A stretch of 16,314 nt of DNA from a virus (lineage: Duplodnaviria; Heunggongvirae; Uroviricota; Caudoviricetes), in the IMG/VR virus record IMGVR_UViG_2547132273_000004, positions 1 to 16,314 of that record. One strand, given 5' to 3'. The notes under the pieces were generated by a model. It did not search any database and was not told where the DNA came from. It saw nothing but the letters and a program-made list of their open reading frames with translations. Made by a program: the position numbers and the translations under genes. This document shows, in pieces, positions 14,926 through 16,314 of this stretch. The first letter of the stretch is position 1, and each line of letters opens with the position of its first letter.

Positions 14926-14940
14926 TTAGTATAAAAAAGC
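14926..14940 (-). other. attL: attL core (lambda 15-bp common core GCTTTTTTATACTAA)
   Basis: Plus strand TTAGTATAAAAAAGC is the reverse complement of the lambda core; the surrounding reverse complement CCTGCTTTTTTATACTAAGTTGG is the B-O-P' junction. Confidence 0.85.
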
Positions 14941-14986
14941 AGGCTTCAACGGATTCATTTTTCTATTTCATAGCCCGGAGCAACCT

Positions 14987-16270
14987 GTGAACACATTTTC
15001 AGTTTCCCGTCTGGCGCTGGCATTGGCTTTTGGCGTGACGCTGACCGCCTGTAGCTCAACACCGCCCGATCAACGTCCTTCTGATCAAACCGCGCCTGGT
15101 ACCTCTTCTCGCCCGATTCTGTCGGCAAAAGAAGCGCAGAATTTCGATGCTCAACACTATTTTGCGTCCCTGACGCCAGGTGCTGCAGCGTGGAATCCTT
15201 CCCCGATTACCCTGCCTGCGCAACCTGACTTTGTTGTCGGCCCGGCGGGTACTCCAGGTGTAACGCATACCACGATTCAGGCGGCGGTAGATGCGGCAAT
15301 TATCAAGCGCACCAATAAGCGCCAGTATATTGCCGTGATGCCTGGTGAATATCAGGGAACGGTGTATGTCCCTGCCGCTCCGGGTGGAATTACTCTGTAC
15401 GGTACAGGTGAAAAACCGATTGATGTGAAGATTGGGCTTTCCCTTGATGGGGGCATGAGTCCTGCCGACTGGCGTCACGACGTCAACCCGCGCGGCAAAT
15501 ATATGCCAGGTAAACCAGCGTGGTATATGTACGATAGCTGCCAGAGCAAACGCAGCGACAGTATCGGCGTTCTCTGCTCTGCGGTCTTCTGGTCACAAAA
15601 CAATGGCCTGCAACTGCAAAACCTGACCATCGAAAACACGCTGGGTGATAGCGTAGATGCGGGTAACCATCCGGCGGTGGCACTGCGTACTGATGGCGAC
15701 AAAGTGCAGATCAATAACGTCAACATTCTCGGTCGTCAGAATACATTCTTTGTCACCAACAGTGGTGTGCAAAACCGTCTGGAAACCAACCGTCAGCCGC
15801 GTACTCTGGTGACCAACAGTTACATTGAAGGGGATGTGGATATCGTTTCTGGTCGCGGCGCAGTGGTGTTCGATAATACCGAATTCCGCGTGGTGAACTC
15901 ACGTACTCAGCAAGAAGCGTATGTGTTTGCACCGGCTACGCTGTCTAACATCTATTACGGTTTCCTCGCCGTAAACAGCCGCTTCAATGCTTCCGGTGAT
16001 GGCGTGGCGCAACTGGGCCGCTCGCTGGATGTTGATGCCAATACCAACGGTCAGGTGGTGATCCGTGATAGCGCCATCAACGAAGGTTTTAACACGGCGA
16101 AACCGTGGGCCGATGCGGTGATTTCCAATCGTCCATTTGCGGGTAATACCGGCAACGTTGATGATAACGACGAAGTACAGCGTAATCTGAATGACACTAA
16201 CTACAACCGCATGTGGGAATACAATAACCGCGGCGTGGGTAGCAAAGTGGTTGCAGAGGCGAAGAAGTAA
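14987..16270 (+). CDS. ybhC: Host lipoprotein YbhC (pectinesterase-like acyl-CoA thioesterase)
   Basis: GTG start with GGAG RBS; signal peptide plus lipobox LTAC; 427-aa translation matches remembered E. coli YbhC, the gene flanking attB(lambda). Confidence 0.9.
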   Translation: MNTFSVSRLALALAFGVTLTACSSTPPDQRPSDQTAPGTSSRPILSAKEAQNFDAQHYFASLTPGAAAWNPSPITLPAQPDFVVGPAGTPGVTHTTIQAAVDAAIIKRTNKRQYIAVMPGEYQGTVYVPAAPGGITLYGTGEKPIDVKIGLSLDGGMSPADWRHDVNPRGKYMPGKPAWYMYDSCQSKRSDSIGVLCSAVFWSQNNGLQLQNLTIENTLGDSVDAGNHPAVALRTDGDKVQINNVNILGRQNTFFVTNSGVQNRLETNRQPRTLVTNSYIEGDVDIVSGRGAVVFDNTEFRVVNSRTQQEAYVFAPATLSNIYYGFLAVNSRFNASGDGVAQLGRSLDVDANTNGQVVIRDSAINEGFNTAKPWADAVISNRPFAGNTGNVDDNDEVQRNLNDTNYNRMWEYNNRGVGSKVVAEAKK

Positions 16271-16287
16271 AAGCGATTAACTTTTTG

Positions 16288-16314
16288 CCGGATGCGGCGT
16301 AAACGCCTTATCCG
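16288..16314 (+). repeat. REP (repetitive extragenic palindrome) element, partial
   Basis: GCCGGATGCGGCGTAAACGCCTTATCCG, the typical E. coli REP sequence, after the ybhC stop; truncated by the window end. Confidence 0.55.

Noticed and set aside
15056-15726. Minus-strand ORFs inside ybhC
   Set aside because: Antisense to a well-supported host gene; Arg-rich artefact of GC-rich antisense sequence.

Overview
This window is the left arm of a lambda-like prophage sitting at the canonical attB(lambda) site beside ybhC, shown in reverse orientation to the usual lambda map. Reading left to right: a partial ORF6N-type antirepressor-like gene, ninE, ninB, ren, P, O (with the origin iterons inside O), cII, cro, OR, cI, then an AT-rich three-gene cassette, OL/pL, nutL, N, an unknown 156-aa gene, ea10, cIII, kil, gam, bet, exo, a Dam-type methyltransferase with small ORFs, a TraR-like orf73, an Ea22-like gene, a DUF551 protein, a small zinc-ribbon ORF, xis, int, attL, ybhC and a REP element. 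The recombination, replication and integration genes look lambda-type, whereas the immunity and N/nut module is not lambda (P22/H-19B-type boxB with GACAA loop, TTTATC operator half-sites). The main candidate system is the cassette downstream of cI, in the slot lambda uses for rexA/rexB: a HigB-like toxin, a HigA-like antitoxin with a long C-terminal extension, and a SecB-like protein, translationally coupled with their own palindrome-flanked promoter and terminator. This looks like a tripartite toxin-antitoxin-chaperone (TAC) module and a plausible prophage-encoded abortive-infection system. All protein identifications rest on reading the translations against remembered family sequences and motifs; no database search was run. 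No tRNA, rRNA, CRISPR array or IS element was seen.
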